Assembly (NCBI GenBank): GCA_963805625.1
Contig: CAWDVE010000010.1
Span: 608,001 to 672,000 of the forward strand
Direction: 5' to 3'
DNA: 64,000 bases
Origin: an uncultured Candidatus Rokubacteria bacterium
GTDB taxonomy: Bacteria > Methylomirabilota > Methylomirabilia > Rokubacteriales > DASRDR01
Shown one piece after another: positions 18,526 to 28,356 of the stretch. A program made the position numbers and the translations under genes. Position 1 is the first letter of the stretch. Each line of letters starts with the position of its first letter. The notes beneath the pieces are model-generated. The model had not been told where the DNA came from, did not search any database, and saw only the letters and a program-made list of their open reading frames with translations.

Positions 18526-18592
18526 GTCCACCTCCTCAGTCACTGGCACCCCCCGTCGGGGAGCACCGACACACTTATCCTCGCGGGCGCTC

Positions 18593-19372
18593 CTAGCGCC
18601 CCTTGAACTCGGCTGGACGCTTCTGGAAGAAGGCCTGGATGCCTTCCGCCGCGTCCTCGGTCCGGAGGGTCTCCATGAACGCCCGCACCTCCGCGTCGAT
18701 GCCCGCCTCGAGCGGCCCGTCAAGCCCTCGGTCCACACACTCGATGATCAGCCGCGTCGCGATCGGGGCGCGCCGGGCGATGGCGGCCGCCAGCGTCCGG
18801 GCCTCGGCGAGCGTCTCCCCTTCCTTCGTGAGCCGATTGACGAGCCCGAGTACGAGGGCCTCCGGCGCTGTGATCTGCGTGCCGAGGATGAGCAGCTCGA
18901 GCGCCTTGGTACGTCCGATCAGGCGCGGCAGCCGCTGCGTGCCCCCGAAGCCCGGGATGATGCCGAGATTCGACTCTGTCTGCCCGATCCGCGCCGTCTC
19001 CTTCATCACGCGGAGGTGGCAGGCCATCGCGATCTCGCAGCCGCCGCCCGTGGCGTGCCCCTGGATCGCCGCGATCACGGGCTTGGAAAGCCGCTCGATC
19101 CGCCGGAGCAGTGTCTGGCCCCGTCGCAGGAAGGCCTCCAGCTCGTCCGCCCCACCGCCGAACGCACCCGATAGATCCGCCCCACCGCAGAAGATGCGGT
19201 CGCCAGCTCCGGTGAGGACCATCGCTCGCACGCCGTCATCCCGGGCAAGCTCGTCCACCGCCGCCTCGAGCTCGAGGACCAGCTGGGTCGAGATCGTGTT
19301 CGCCGGCGGGCGGTTCAGCGTCACCACCGCGTACCCGTCGCCGCGCTCGAGGATCAAGGTCTCGAAGGCCAT
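18593..19372 (-). CDS. enoyl-CoA hydratase (crotonase)
   Basis: TLNRPPAN, FCGGAD, GGGCEIA, ESNLGIIPGFGGTQRL. Confidence 0.93.
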   Translation of the reverse strand: MAFETLILERGDGYAVVTLNRPPANTISTQLVLELEAAVDELARDDGVRAMVLTGAGDRIFCGGADLSGAFGGGADELEAFLRRGQTLLRRIERLSKPVIAAIQGHATGGGCEIAMACHLRVMKETARIGQTESNLGIIPGFGGTQRLPRLIGRTKALELLILGTQITAPEALVLGLVNRLTKEGETLAEARTLAAAIARRAPIATRLIIECVDRGLDGPLEAGIDAEVRAFMETLRTEDAAEGIQAFFQKRPAEFKGR

Positions 19373-19389
19373 GGTCTCGTGTCCTCGTC

Positions 19390-20601
19390 TCAGGCCGCGA
19401 TCGGCACGCCGAGCGCCCCGGACGCGCGAAGATCGGCGATCGCCGCCGTGGAGAGCCCGAGCACGTCCCGCAGCACCTCGTCCGTGTGTTGACCGAGGTT
19501 CGGCGGCGGCCCCTGAACGGCAGCCGGCGTGCCGCCGAACTTCACCGGGATCCCCGGCAGGCGGACCCGCCCCGCGGTCGGATGATCCACCTCCACCGCC
19601 ATGTCCCGGTGCCGCACCTGCGGATCCTCGAAGACCTGCCCGATGTCGTTGATCGGCCCCGCGGGAAGCCCTGCCTCCGCGAACCGGTCGACCCACTCGT
19701 CACGGTCCTTCGCTTGAAGCCGCGCCTCGATCTCCCGTACCAGCTCCGTCCGGCACGCCACTCGTCGGGCGTTCGATCCGTAGCGAGGGTCGTCCGCCCA
19801 CTCCGGCACCCCGAGGACCTCGCAGAACGCCTTCCACAGGCGCTCGTTTCCGGCGCCGACCATGAGGTAGCCGTCCCGGGCGCGGAAGGCCTGGTACGGG
19901 ACGAGCGACGGGTGCGCGCTCCCCCATCGCCCCTGCACCTCCCCGCCCACGAGGTACGCCGTCGCCGCGTTGATCAGAGCGGCAATACCGCACTCCATGA
20001 GCGAGAGCTCGAGGTACTGGCCCTGCCCGGTCCGTTCCCGGTGCCGCAGCGCGGCGAGGATCGCGCCATGGGCGTAGAGCGCCGTGATCACGTCGATCAG
20101 CGCGACGCCGACCTTGACCGGAGCGCCGTCGTTCTCTCCGGTGATCGACATGAGCCCAGTGAAACCTTGCATGATGGCGTCATACCCCGCTCGCTCGCGA
20201 TACGGCCCGGTCGCTCCGAAACCGGAGATCGCACAGTAGATCAACCGTGGGTTGGCGCTGCGCAGCGTCTCCCAGCCGAGCCCGAGGTCGTCCATAGTCC
20301 CGGGCTTGAAGTTCTCGATCAGCACGTCCCCCCGGCGCACGAGGTCGAGGAGCAGCGCCTTGCCTCGTGCGTGCTTGAGATCGAGCGTGATGCTTCGCTT
20401 CCCCCGGTTGACGGCAAAGAAGTAGGATGCCTGGCCGTCGGACGCGCGGGGCGGGGCCCACTGACGGCTGTCGTCCCCGCCCTGCGGGTGCTCGACCTTG
20501 ATCACCTCAGCACCGTAGTCCCCCAGAATCTGGGTCGCCAGCGGCCCCGCGACGATGCGCGAGAGGTCGACGATCCGAAGGTCTTCGAGCGGCCCGGACA
20601 T
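19390..20601 (-). CDS. family III CoA-transferase (CaiB/BaiF)
   Basis: DLSRIVAGP, GAEVIKVE, NRGKRSI, ENFKPG, ISGFG, GYDAIMQ. Confidence 0.93.
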   Translation of the reverse strand: MSGPLEDLRIVDLSRIVAGPLATQILGDYGAEVIKVEHPQGGDDSRQWAPPRASDGQASYFFAVNRGKRSITLDLKHARGKALLLDLVRRGDVLIENFKPGTMDDLGLGWETLRSANPRLIYCAISGFGATGPYRERAGYDAIMQGFTGLMSITGENDGAPVKVGVALIDVITALYAHGAILAALRHRERTGQGQYLELSLMECGIAALINAATAYLVGGEVQGRWGSAHPSLVPYQAFRARDGYLMVGAGNERLWKAFCEVLGVPEWADDPRYGSNARRVACRTELVREIEARLQAKDRDEWVDRFAEAGLPAGPINDIGQVFEDPQVRHRDMAVEVDHPTAGRVRLPGIPVKFGGTPAAVQGPPPNLGQHTDEVLRDVLGLSTAAIADLRASGALGVPIAA

Positions 20602-20729
20602 GCGTCCTCCTCGAGGTTGGCGCTGCCACTATACCCGGCGCTGGACGCGCCTTCAACGCGGCGCGAGGGATCGACGGCCGCCGGGATCGCGCCGCCCGGC
20701 GTGCGCCCGCCTCGCCTGCGCGTGGCGGC

Positions 20730-21055
20730 GCCCAGCTGCTGGACATCTACCAGACGCAGAACTGCCTCTACCGCGCCGTCGACGAACGCTACGTTGTCGT
20801 GGGCCACGGACGGCACTACGACGACGTGCCGCCCAACAGAAGGATCTTCCGTGGCAATGCCCGCGAGTCGCTGCGCGCCGAGGTCCTCACGCACCCGTCC
20901 GCGCCCAAGGCCATCGCGGCGCTCCACGAGGAGGTGGAGCACATGACCTGCCGGTCTTCCAGGAGATCCCGGCTCGGACTCACGACTGGACCGGCGCCGT
21001 CGCCGAGGACGCGGTCGCCCAGCAGCAGCAGCAACAACAGCGGCAGGCGGGCTGA
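20730..21055 (+). pseudogene. C-terminal remnant of a transglutaminase-like protein
   Basis: VDERYVVVGHGRHYDDVPPNRRIFRG resembles the GRDYxDVxP motif of bacterial transglutaminase-like proteins; frameshift before a poly-Gln tail; no start codon. Confidence 0.55.
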
Positions 21056-21082
21056 CGGGGCGTATACTCGGCCTGCCGGACC

Positions 21083-22033
21083 ATGCGCCAAGGTCTCGTC
21101 CGCCTCGCGGTCACCGTCCTCTCGCTCGCGGGCTGCGGCGTCGTGTCGATCGATCTGACGCCGCGCGTCCGCCCCCTCGAGGAGAGCACCGTCGAGGGTA
21201 GCGGCACCGACAAGGTGTTGCTCATCGACCTCGCCGGGGTCCTCGCAGAAGAGCCCGTCTTCACCCTCGAGAGCCGGCCGCAGGTCCCGCTTCTCGCGCG
21301 CGTCCGCGAGGAGCTCGAGAAGGCCGAGGAGGACGATCGGGTGCGCGCGGTCGTCCTCCGGATCAACAGCCCGGGAGGCACGGTCACCGCCTCGGACATA
21401 CTCTTCCACGAGGTCATGCGCTTCAAGGAGCGTCGCAAGGTACCCGTGGTGGCATCCATCCTCGACGTCGGAGCCTCGGGCGGCTACTACGTGGCGCTCG
21501 CCGCCGACAGGATCCTCGCTCACCCCACGACGGTGACCGGCTCCATCGGGGTCCTGATGCTGACGGTCAACGCGAGCGGACTCCTCGAGAAGATCGGCGT
21601 CAGTGCAACCTACGTGAAGTCCGGTGACTTCAAGGATATGGGAAGCCCCTTTCGGAGCATCCGGCCGGAGGAGCGAGCGCTCTTCCAGGATCTGATCGAC
21701 CGGTTCTACGGGCGGTTCGTCGAGCTGGTCGCCCGCTCGCGCAAGCTCGACGAGGCCCGGGTGCGCGCGCTGGCCGACGGCCGCATCTACACCGCCGGCG
21801 AGGCGCTGTCGCTCGGCCTCATCGACCAGATCGGCTACCTCGAGGACGCGATCGCTTCCGCGAAGAGCGCTGCGGGGCTCAAGGAAGCAAAGGTGGTGAC
21901 CTATCACCGCCCTCGCCAGTACCGGGCGACGATCTACTCCTCGACGGATCCGCCGGCGCCCGCGGCCACCCTCCCGGACCTGGCGCGCGTGGTCCTCTCG
22001 GGGCCCCGCTTCCTCTACCTCTGGTGGCCATGA
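21083..22033 (+). CDS. sppA: signal peptide peptidase SppA (S49, short type), lipoprotein
   Basis: LAGC lipobox, RINSPGG, ASGGYY, TGSIGV, KSGDFKD, DGRIYT; TATACT upstream. Confidence 0.93.
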   Translation: MRQGLVRLAVTVLSLAGCGVVSIDLTPRVRPLEESTVEGSGTDKVLLIDLAGVLAEEPVFTLESRPQVPLLARVREELEKAEEDDRVRAVVLRINSPGGTVTASDILFHEVMRFKERRKVPVVASILDVGASGGYYVALAADRILAHPTTVTGSIGVLMLTVNASGLLEKIGVSATYVKSGDFKDMGSPFRSIRPEERALFQDLIDRFYGRFVELVARSRKLDEARVRALADGRIYTAGEALSLGLIDQIGYLEDAIASAKSAAGLKEAKVVTYHRPRQYRATIYSSTDPPAPAATLPDLARVVLSGPRFLYLWWP

Positions 22034-22287
22034 GCCCCCACGCGGCGGGATGACGGTCGGCTCTCTCCCCGTCGCCCCCGATCCCGTTCCCGCCCCTTCC
22101 CCCACCAACGACCTGCGCCGGCGCCGGGGCCTGCCGCCGATCGAGTGGAAGGGGAAACGGGCATGATCGACGGCGCCGTAAGGGCCGTCAGCATCACCGC
22201 CGACCGGGTCCCGCTTTCCCGAGCCCATCACCGAGTGGCCCGGTGTGGCGCCCGACGACCCCCGCTGAGGGCGGCGCGCCGCTCCGC

Positions 22288-22470
22288 TCAACCCGGGTCG
22301 GCGACGAGCGGCGCGTACTCGGTCGTTCGCAAGGCCCAGTGGATCTCGTCTAGGTTGGCGACCAGATCGTCGAGCCGGGTGGTCGCCGGCGCCCGCTCGA
22401 CACCCGAGTAGTCGAGGACGCGGTCGAGGATCATCTGATGGCGCTCCGGGCTGAGGAGGTCGTCCTCGCG
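22288..22470 (-). pseudogene. C-terminal remnant resembling a sulfotransferase (Stf0/NodH-like)
   Basis: REDDLL..HQMILDRVLDYSG...LDDLVANLDEIHWALRTTEYA; no start codon. Confidence 0.35.
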
Positions 22471-22473
22471 CGG

Positions 22474-23256
22474 CTACCGCCCCTGCCAGCGGGGCGGACG
22501 CCTCTCCAGGAACGCCGCGATCCCTTCCTGGGCGTCTTCCGACCGCGCCACGATCGTCAGGAGGTCTCGCAGGTGCGCCAGCGCCTGCGAGTACGGGAGC
22601 TCGAGCGCCCGGTAGAAGGCCTCCTTGCCGAGCGCCAAGGTCGCCGGAGACAGGCCGGCGAGCGTCCGCCCGGTCTCGCCCACGGTCTGGTCGAGCTGGG
22701 CACGCGCCACCACGTGCGTCACGAGCCCGATCTCGAGCGCCTCGCGTGCCGGCAGCTCCCGCCCGGTCAGAACCAGCTCGAGGACACGCCGCGGCGACGC
22801 GGTGCGCAGGATGGGCGCCAAGACCATCAGTGGCAGAAGCCCCAGCTTGATCTCCGGCAGCCCGAAGACCGCGTCGTCGGCAGCGATCACGACATCGCAG
22901 GCTGTCGCCAGCCCACAGCCCCCGGCCAGGGCGTAGCCGTGGACCTGGGCGATCACCGGCGTCCGCATCCGGGGGATCGCTTCGAGCACCTGGGCCAGGC
23001 CCGCGTACTGGTCCCGCGCGTCGAGGATCGGCCCGGTCCGGAACATGCCCTTGAGATCGGCCCCGGCGCAGAAGGCCCGCTCGCCCGCTCCCCGGATGAC
23101 GACGACCCGCGCCTCCGGGTCCCCATCCAGGCGGGCCAGCGCGGCGCCAAGCTCCCGGATCACCGTCTGGTTGAGCGCGTTTCGCGCCTCCGGCCGATTG
23201 AGCGTGAGGGTGGCCACGCCGTCCCGGACGTCGACGAGCAGCGTCTCGTAGCTCAC
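22474..23256 (-). CDS. enoyl-CoA hydratase/isomerase
   Basis: TLNRPEARNAL, FCAGADL, LAGGCGL, FGLPEIKLGL. Confidence 0.92.
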   Translation of the reverse strand: MSYETLLVDVRDGVATLTLNRPEARNALNQTVIRELGAALARLDGDPEARVVVIRGAGERAFCAGADLKGMFRTGPILDARDQYAGLAQVLEAIPRMRTPVIAQVHGYALAGGCGLATACDVVIAADDAVFGLPEIKLGLLPLMVLAPILRTASPRRVLELVLTGRELPAREALEIGLVTHVVARAQLDQTVGETGRTLAGLSPATLALGKEAFYRALELPYSQALAHLRDLLTIVARSEDAQEGIAAFLERRPPRWQGR

Positions 23257-23312
23257 CGGGGCTACCCTTGCTCCGCCTTGAAACTTATCGGAACGGCCTT
23301 CGGCCTGTGGGC

Positions 23313-23930
23313 TCATCCAGCCCCTCGGACCGCCGGTGCCTCCGGAAAGATCGCGCCGAGGAGCTCGGAGAGAATGCGCCCCGTGGTGCCCCAGACCACG
23401 TCGTCGCCGTAGTTCACGAAGACGACGGGCCGCTGCACGCCCTCGCGCTCCCACTGCTCCACGCGAAACGCGTCCGGCTGGAGGAGATGGGCGAGCGGGA
23501 TCTCGATCACGCGCTCGATCTCGCGGCCGTCGGGGTGGAAAACCGGCTCGCCGCGGGCTAATCCCAGGACGGGTGTGATCACGAAGTTCGTCACGGTCGT
23601 GCGCATGTCGTCGAAGAGACCCAGAACCTCGACGGCGCTCTGCTCGAGCCCGATCTCCTCTCGGGCCTCGCGAAGCGCGGTCTCGACCACGGAGCCGTCC
23701 GAGCGCTGGACGACGCCGCCCGGGAACGAGAACTGGCCCTTGTGGTGGGGGACGTCCTCCGTCTTCTTGCCGAAGACCAGGGCGGGCACCCCGTCACGGT
23801 AGACGAACAGCACCAGCACGGCGGCGCGGATCCTGTCCCCGGGCGCGAGGGCCTTGCGCTCGCGGCCGAGCACCGCCGTGATGCGGATGCGGAGGGCACC
23901 GACGGACAGGTCCGCAGCAGGCCCCACCAC
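23313..23930 (-). CDS. Nudix CoA pyrophosphatase (NudL-like)
   Basis: AAVLV, HKGQFSFPGG, ALREAREEIGL Nudix box, VWGTTG. Confidence 0.9.
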   Translation of the reverse strand: MVGPAADLSVGALRIRITAVLGRERKALAPGDRIRAAVLVLFVYRDGVPALVFGKKTEDVPHHKGQFSFPGGVVQRSDGSVVETALREAREEIGLEQSAVEVLGLFDDMRTTVTNFVITPVLGLARGEPVFHPDGREIERVIEIPLAHLLQPDAFRVEQWEREGVQRPVVFVNYGDDVVWGTTGRILSELLGAIFPEAPAVRGAG

Positions 23931-23931
23931 G

Positions 23932-24714
23932 CTACCGCGCTCTGAACTGGGGCTTCCGCTTCTCAGCGAACGCCTTCGGCCCCTCCGCCGCGTCCTCGGT
24001 TCCCCGCAGGGTCCCCGAGAGGAACGCCTCGAGACGCAACCCGTCGGCGAGCGGGAGCGAGAGCCCCCGCACGATCGCCTCCTTGGCGGCCCGGACCGCC
24101 AGCGGTCCCCGCTCGCAGAGGGTCTGAGCCCACCGGCGCGCGGTCGGCAGGACCTCCAGCGCCGGCACCACCGCGTTCACGAGCCCGATCCGGTGCGCCT
24201 CCTGGGCGGAGCAGGTTTCGCCCATCAGGATCATCTCCATCGCCTTGGCGAGGGGCACGGCTCTCGGCAGACGCTGCGTCCCCCCGGCGCCGGGCATGAT
24301 GGCCCAACGGACCTCGGTGAGCCCGAAGACCGCGTGTTCCGCCGCCACGCGGATGTCGCAGCAGAGCATCAGCTCGAGACCCCCGGCGAGCGCGTAGCCG
24401 TTCACGGCGGCGATGATCGGCTTCCATATCTCGAGCCCGCGGGTGAGCCCCCCGAGCCCTAGGTCGTTGTGGCTCCGCCCCGCCCCCGGGCTCCCGAACG
24501 CCTGCGGGACCAGCTTCTTCAGGTCCGCCCCGGCGGAGAACGCCTTCTCGCCGGCTCCGGTCAGGATCGCCACCCAGGCCTCGGGATCGTCGCGGAACCG
24601 GATCCACGCGTCGATCAGATCCCGGTGCATCTCGGGGTCGACCGCGTTCATGGCCTCGGGCCGGTCGAGCGTGATCGTGACGACACGGTCCTGCTGCTCG
24701 TAGCGGAGTCCCAT
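23932..24714 (-). CDS. enoyl-CoA hydratase
   Basis: TLDRPEAMNA, FSAGADL, AGGLEL, PGAGGTQRL. Confidence 0.92.
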   Translation of the reverse strand: MGLRYEQQDRVVTITLDRPEAMNAVDPEMHRDLIDAWIRFRDDPEAWVAILTGAGEKAFSAGADLKKLVPQAFGSPGAGRSHNDLGLGGLTRGLEIWKPIIAAVNGYALAGGLELMLCCDIRVAAEHAVFGLTEVRWAIMPGAGGTQRLPRAVPLAKAMEMILMGETCSAQEAHRIGLVNAVVPALEVLPTARRWAQTLCERGPLAVRAAKEAIVRGLSLPLADGLRLEAFLSGTLRGTEDAAEGPKAFAEKRKPQFRAR

Positions 24715-24862
24715 GGTTCCCCTCGCGAATGGCAAGAGCGTCAGTGTCCGACGCGACCGGTACCGATCAACCGGCCCGTCCTCTCGCCGCGGACGCCCAC
24801 GGCAGCGCCAGGGTAGCACACGACCCTCCAAGGCTCTGGCCGACGCCCTCCGGATGACTCGA

Positions 24863-25393
24863 CTAGCTCCCTCCGAGCCGCCAGAGCGCCTTGTCGAGGG
24901 TCCGGAGCGACACGCGATGCCGGGTCGCGAGCTCCCGGAGGACGGCGGCGTACGACGCCCATCCGGACGCGGTCGGAGGAAACCGCTGCCGCACACCCAT
25001 CCGCCGGAGGGCCGCCCGCACGCGCACGTCGTAGATGGGGTAGCGACCTGGATCGGCGAAGTGGAGCACGACCGAGGCGACGCCTGTGCCGACGCCGCGA
25101 AGACCCAGGAGCACGCAGAGCCGCATCCCGTCGCTCCCTGCCAGGAACGCCGCCGCGGTCAGCCCCCGGACACCCGCTTCGGTATTCCGCGCGATCTGGG
25201 GCCGGATCCGCGGGCTCTTCCACTCGCCGAGCCAGCGCAGCTCCCCTCGCGTGAGGTAGAAGGCCCCGCGCGCGCGACGCCGGGCCAGCCGGGCCTTCAG
25301 ACGCCGCTCGCCCCGCGTCCACGGGCTCGCCGCCTCGGCTCGATCGAAGCCGCGAGCCAGCGTCCGGATCCGACCCCGGGTGAGAACGATCAT
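24863..25393 (-). CDS. helix-hairpin-helix (HhH) DNA glycosylase-like protein
   Basis: LGLRGVGTGVASVVL HhH-like motif, YPIYDVRV, LRTLDKALW; highly basic. Confidence 0.55.
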   Translation of the reverse strand: MIVLTRGRIRTLARGFDRAEAASPWTRGERRLKARLARRRARGAFYLTRGELRWLGEWKSPRIRPQIARNTEAGVRGLTAAAFLAGSDGMRLCVLLGLRGVGTGVASVVLHFADPGRYPIYDVRVRAALRRMGVRQRFPPTASGWASYAAVLRELATRHRVSLRTLDKALWRLGGS

Positions 25394-25428
25394 CGGCCGC
25401 TTGACTCACCCGGGGCGAGGACCCGACG

Positions 25429-25920
25429 ATGGACCACGTGGATCCCCACGCGATCGTGATCGAGCCCGCGCGCGCGGCGGACGCGCCCGCGGTCATCGCG
25501 CTCATCGGCCGCGTCTTTGCCGAGTATGACTTCAGCTGGAACCCCTCGGTGGAGGTGCCCGATCTCTTCGACCTGGAACGCCACTACGGCGGAGAGGCCG
25601 GCGCGTTCTGGGTGGCGCGCCTGGACGGTCGAGTGGTCGGGTCCGTCGGGGTCGGGCGGCTGCCGGACGGCCGCGCGGAGCTTCATCGTTTGTATCTCGA
25701 CGCCACGCTCCGCGGTCGCGGCGTGGGCCGCGCCCTCGTGCAGGCCGTTCTCGGCTGGTGCCGCACCGCCGGGGTCGCTCGCCTCACCCTCTGGTCGGAC
25801 ATTCGGTTCCACCGCGCACACCGCCTCTACGAGGGGATGGGCTTCACGAAGACCGGCGAGCGCGAGCTCCCCGACGACCCCAACGACACGCGCGAGTTCG
25901 GGTACGAGCGTCCGGTCTAG
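25429..25920 (+). CDS. GNAT family N-acetyltransferase
   Basis: ELHRLYL..LRGRGVGRAL, AHRLYEGMGF. Confidence 0.9.
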   Translation: MDHVDPHAIVIEPARAADAPAVIALIGRVFAEYDFSWNPSVEVPDLFDLERHYGGEAGAFWVARLDGRVVGSVGVGRLPDGRAELHRLYLDATLRGRGVGRALVQAVLGWCRTAGVARLTLWSDIRFHRAHRLYEGMGFTKTGERELPDDPNDTREFGYERPV

Positions 25921-25948
25921 GGCGCTCCGGCCGGGACGCGGGGCGACG

Positions 25949-26455
25949 TTACACCCGAGGCAGCACCGGCTGGGCCGGCGCTGCGCCCTTGGCCGGCGGC
26001 TGGCCCTTGGTCACGGGAATCGGCTTGCCGACCGTCGCATGATGGGCCGACGGCTCGTGTTTCACCGCGGTCACGTGCTTGGTCTTCTGAGGCCCGGCGG
26101 CCTTCGCGACGTGCTTCGCCGGTGATGTCTTCTTGACGGTCGTCTTGGCCACCGGCTTCTGCACGGCCTTCACGGTCTTCGTCGAGTGAGGTGCCGGGCG
26201 GGTGGCGGTCGACGCCGGCCGCCGGCCAGGCGTGCCCTTGTGGGCCGCTTCCGGGCTCACCACCTCTCCCTGCCCCGCCGCCGGGACCACCTCTGGCTTC
26301 TTGGGCTCGGGGAGGGCCGGCACCGTCGACGGCCCCGTGACGGGAATGATGCCCCGCGATGACGGCTCCACGGAGGGTCCCGCCGTCTGAGCCATGGCCG
26401 CTCCCGCGATCATGAGGACACCCGCCACGATCACGCCTGCCATCCTCTTCCGCAC
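25949..26455 (-). CDS. secreted Lys/Pro/Ala/Thr-rich low-complexity protein
   Basis: RBS GAGGAGG; signal peptide MRKRMAGVIVAGVLMIAGAAMA; histone H1-like basic tail. Confidence 0.7.
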   Translation of the reverse strand: MRKRMAGVIVAGVLMIAGAAMAQTAGPSVEPSSRGIIPVTGPSTVPALPEPKKPEVVPAAGQGEVVSPEAAHKGTPGRRPASTATRPAPHSTKTVKAVQKPVAKTTVKKTSPAKHVAKAAGPQKTKHVTAVKHEPSAHHATVGKPIPVTKGQPPAKGAAPAQPVLPRV

Positions 26456-26511
26456 GGCTCCGCTCCTCCTCGCCGACCGGGCAGTGCCCGGCGGGCTCCC
26501 GAGCCCCCGTC

Positions 26512-27285
26512 TCAGCGGACGGCCCGGGCCTCGACCCGTTCGACCAGTCCGGCCAGCATCGCTGTGGCCGACCCGGCCAGCACCACGTCGGCGACGTGAT
26601 CCAGCCGAGTCGGTGTGAGATTGACCACCACCAGACGAGCGCCCGCCTCCTTCGCGTAGCTCGGCATGTACGCGGCCGGGTAGACGGCGAGCGACGAGCC
26701 GACGACCAGGAAGCACCCGGCTGCCCGGGCCCGCGCCTCGGCCCGCTCCACCGCGGCGCCGGGCATCGGCTCGCCGAACAGGACGGTCAGCGGCTTGAGA
26801 ATCCCGCCGCACGCCCCGCAGACCGGCACGGATTCCCCCGCCACGAGGCGCTCCTGGATCGTGTCACGCGAATACCGGCTGTCGCAGCCGAGGCACCGGA
26901 CGCGGGTGGCGTTCCCGTGCAGCTCGATCACCTTCTCGGGATCCGTTCCCGCTCGCTGGTGGAGGTCGTCCACGTTCTGCGTGATCACGCAGTCGAGGAG
27001 ACCCAGCCGCTCCAGCGCGACGAGCGCCCGGTGGGCTGAGTTCGGCTGCGCCGAGCGGATCGCGGCGTAGAGCTCGCGGCCGACGGTCCAGTACCGCCGC
27101 CGGGCGTCCTCGGAGCGCATGAAGTTCGGGAAGGAGAAATCGTCGGGATCGTATCGCGCCCAGAGGCCCGTCGGACCCCGGAAGTCCGGGATTCCCGACT
27201 CCGTCGAGACGCCAGCCCCGGTGAACGCCACCACTCGCCCGGTCGAGGCGATCAACTCGGCCGCCCGGTCGAGCCGGGCGCCCAT
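26512..27285 (-). CDS. cobB: NAD-dependent protein deacylase (sirtuin)
   Basis: TGAGVSTESGIPDFRG, TQNVDDLH, ELHG, CxxC..CxxC, FGE, GSSL, VNLTPT. Confidence 0.93.
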   Translation of the reverse strand: MGARLDRAAELIASTGRVVAFTGAGVSTESGIPDFRGPTGLWARYDPDDFSFPNFMRSEDARRRYWTVGRELYAAIRSAQPNSAHRALVALERLGLLDCVITQNVDDLHQRAGTDPEKVIELHGNATRVRCLGCDSRYSRDTIQERLVAGESVPVCGACGGILKPLTVLFGEPMPGAAVERAEARARAAGCFLVVGSSLAVYPAAYMPSYAKEAGARLVVVNLTPTRLDHVADVVLAGSATAMLAGLVERVEARAVR

Positions 27286-27407
27286 TTCCACCGTGCCCTG
27301 CATCCCGGGAACGAGCGTAGCAGAGGGGCGAGCCGGGCCGCAAAAGGATTCGGCCTCGGACGCGCCGAGACTGCCAGACGCGATGCCGCCGGCCCGCGCC
27401 TTCTCCC

Positions 27408-28355
27408 TCAGCTCGAGTAGCCGAGCGCCTCGATGCACCGCCGCCCGTCGACCCGGCCGAGGTCGACCAGCGGCCCGAGTCTCGCGCCGTCGAAGTCGAG
27501 GGGACGCACCCGGAGCGGCGTCGACGGCGTCAGCAACCGCACATCGATACTGGGATGACGGAGCCGGGCCAGCTCGACGTCGCGCTCGATCCCCAGCATG
27601 AGCGCGAGCTCCACCACTCGCTCGACCACGGACTGGGTGGTCGCCTCCCGGGGCGGGTCGCTTCTGTAGGCGGCAACGACCAAGACCCGGTCGACCGGAT
27701 GGGCCGCGAGGAGCTCCAGGATCGGGGCTCGCTGGATCGCACCGCCGTCGACGAGCAGGCGGTCGTCAATGGCGACAGGCGGCAACAGCCCCGGCACGGT
27801 GGCGCTCGCGACCAGGGCGTCGAGGGTGAGGGTCGCGTTGTCGAAGCGCTGGACGCTTCCCGAGAGGAGGTCGGTCGCGGCCACCAGAACAGGAACCCGC
27901 GCCGAGCGGAGTCGATCCAGGTCCACGTGACGCGCCAGGGTGGCGCGAAGCGGGGCGGGATCCAGCAAACCTCGAGCCCGGATGAGCAGCGGGAAGCTGA
28001 GCAAGCCCGGCAGGAGCCCGCCCAGCACGGCCGGCGCCCGGTAGGCGATGACGTCCTCGCGACGGATCGTTCGCCACAGGTCGGCCAGCCGCTCGGCCTC
28101 TCCCGTCGCGAGGAACACGGCGTTGATCGCGCCCGCGGACGTGCCGGCAATCGCGGCGGGAACGATCCCCCGCTCGTGGAGGGCGAGCCCGAGGCCCGCC
28201 TCGTAGGCGGCCTTGGCGCCGCCGCCGGCGAAAACCACGCCGAGCCTCTCCCGTGGAGGGCCACGGTCGCCCCGCGCCTCGCACGCCGCACCCGAAGTGG
28301 GCGCTCCGAGCGTCAGCGCCAGGCCGAGCAGAAGCACGCGGCTCCGGGCCCGCAC
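27408..28355 (-). CDS. patatin-like phospholipase (secreted)
   Basis: GGGAKA, GTSAG, DGG motifs; signal-like N-terminus. Confidence 0.88.
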   Translation of the reverse strand: MRARSRVLLLGLALTLGAPTSGAACEARGDRGPPRERLGVVFAGGGAKAAYEAGLGLALHERGIVPAAIAGTSAGAINAVFLATGEAERLADLWRTIRREDVIAYRAPAVLGGLLPGLLSFPLLIRARGLLDPAPLRATLARHVDLDRLRSARVPVLVAATDLLSGSVQRFDNATLTLDALVASATVPGLLPPVAIDDRLLVDGGAIQRAPILELLAAHPVDRVLVVAAYRSDPPREATTQSVVERVVELALMLGIERDVELARLRHPSIDVRLLTPSTPLRVRPLDFDGARLGPLVDLGRVDGRRCIEALGYSS

Positions 28356-28356
28356 C

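Noticed and set aside
26512-28355. Sirtuin + patatin as an anti-phage defence pair
   Set aside because: The sirtuin is a classical Zn-binding CobB-type deacylase and the patatin has a signal-like N-terminus; no cyclase, HerA, Argonaute or TIR partner
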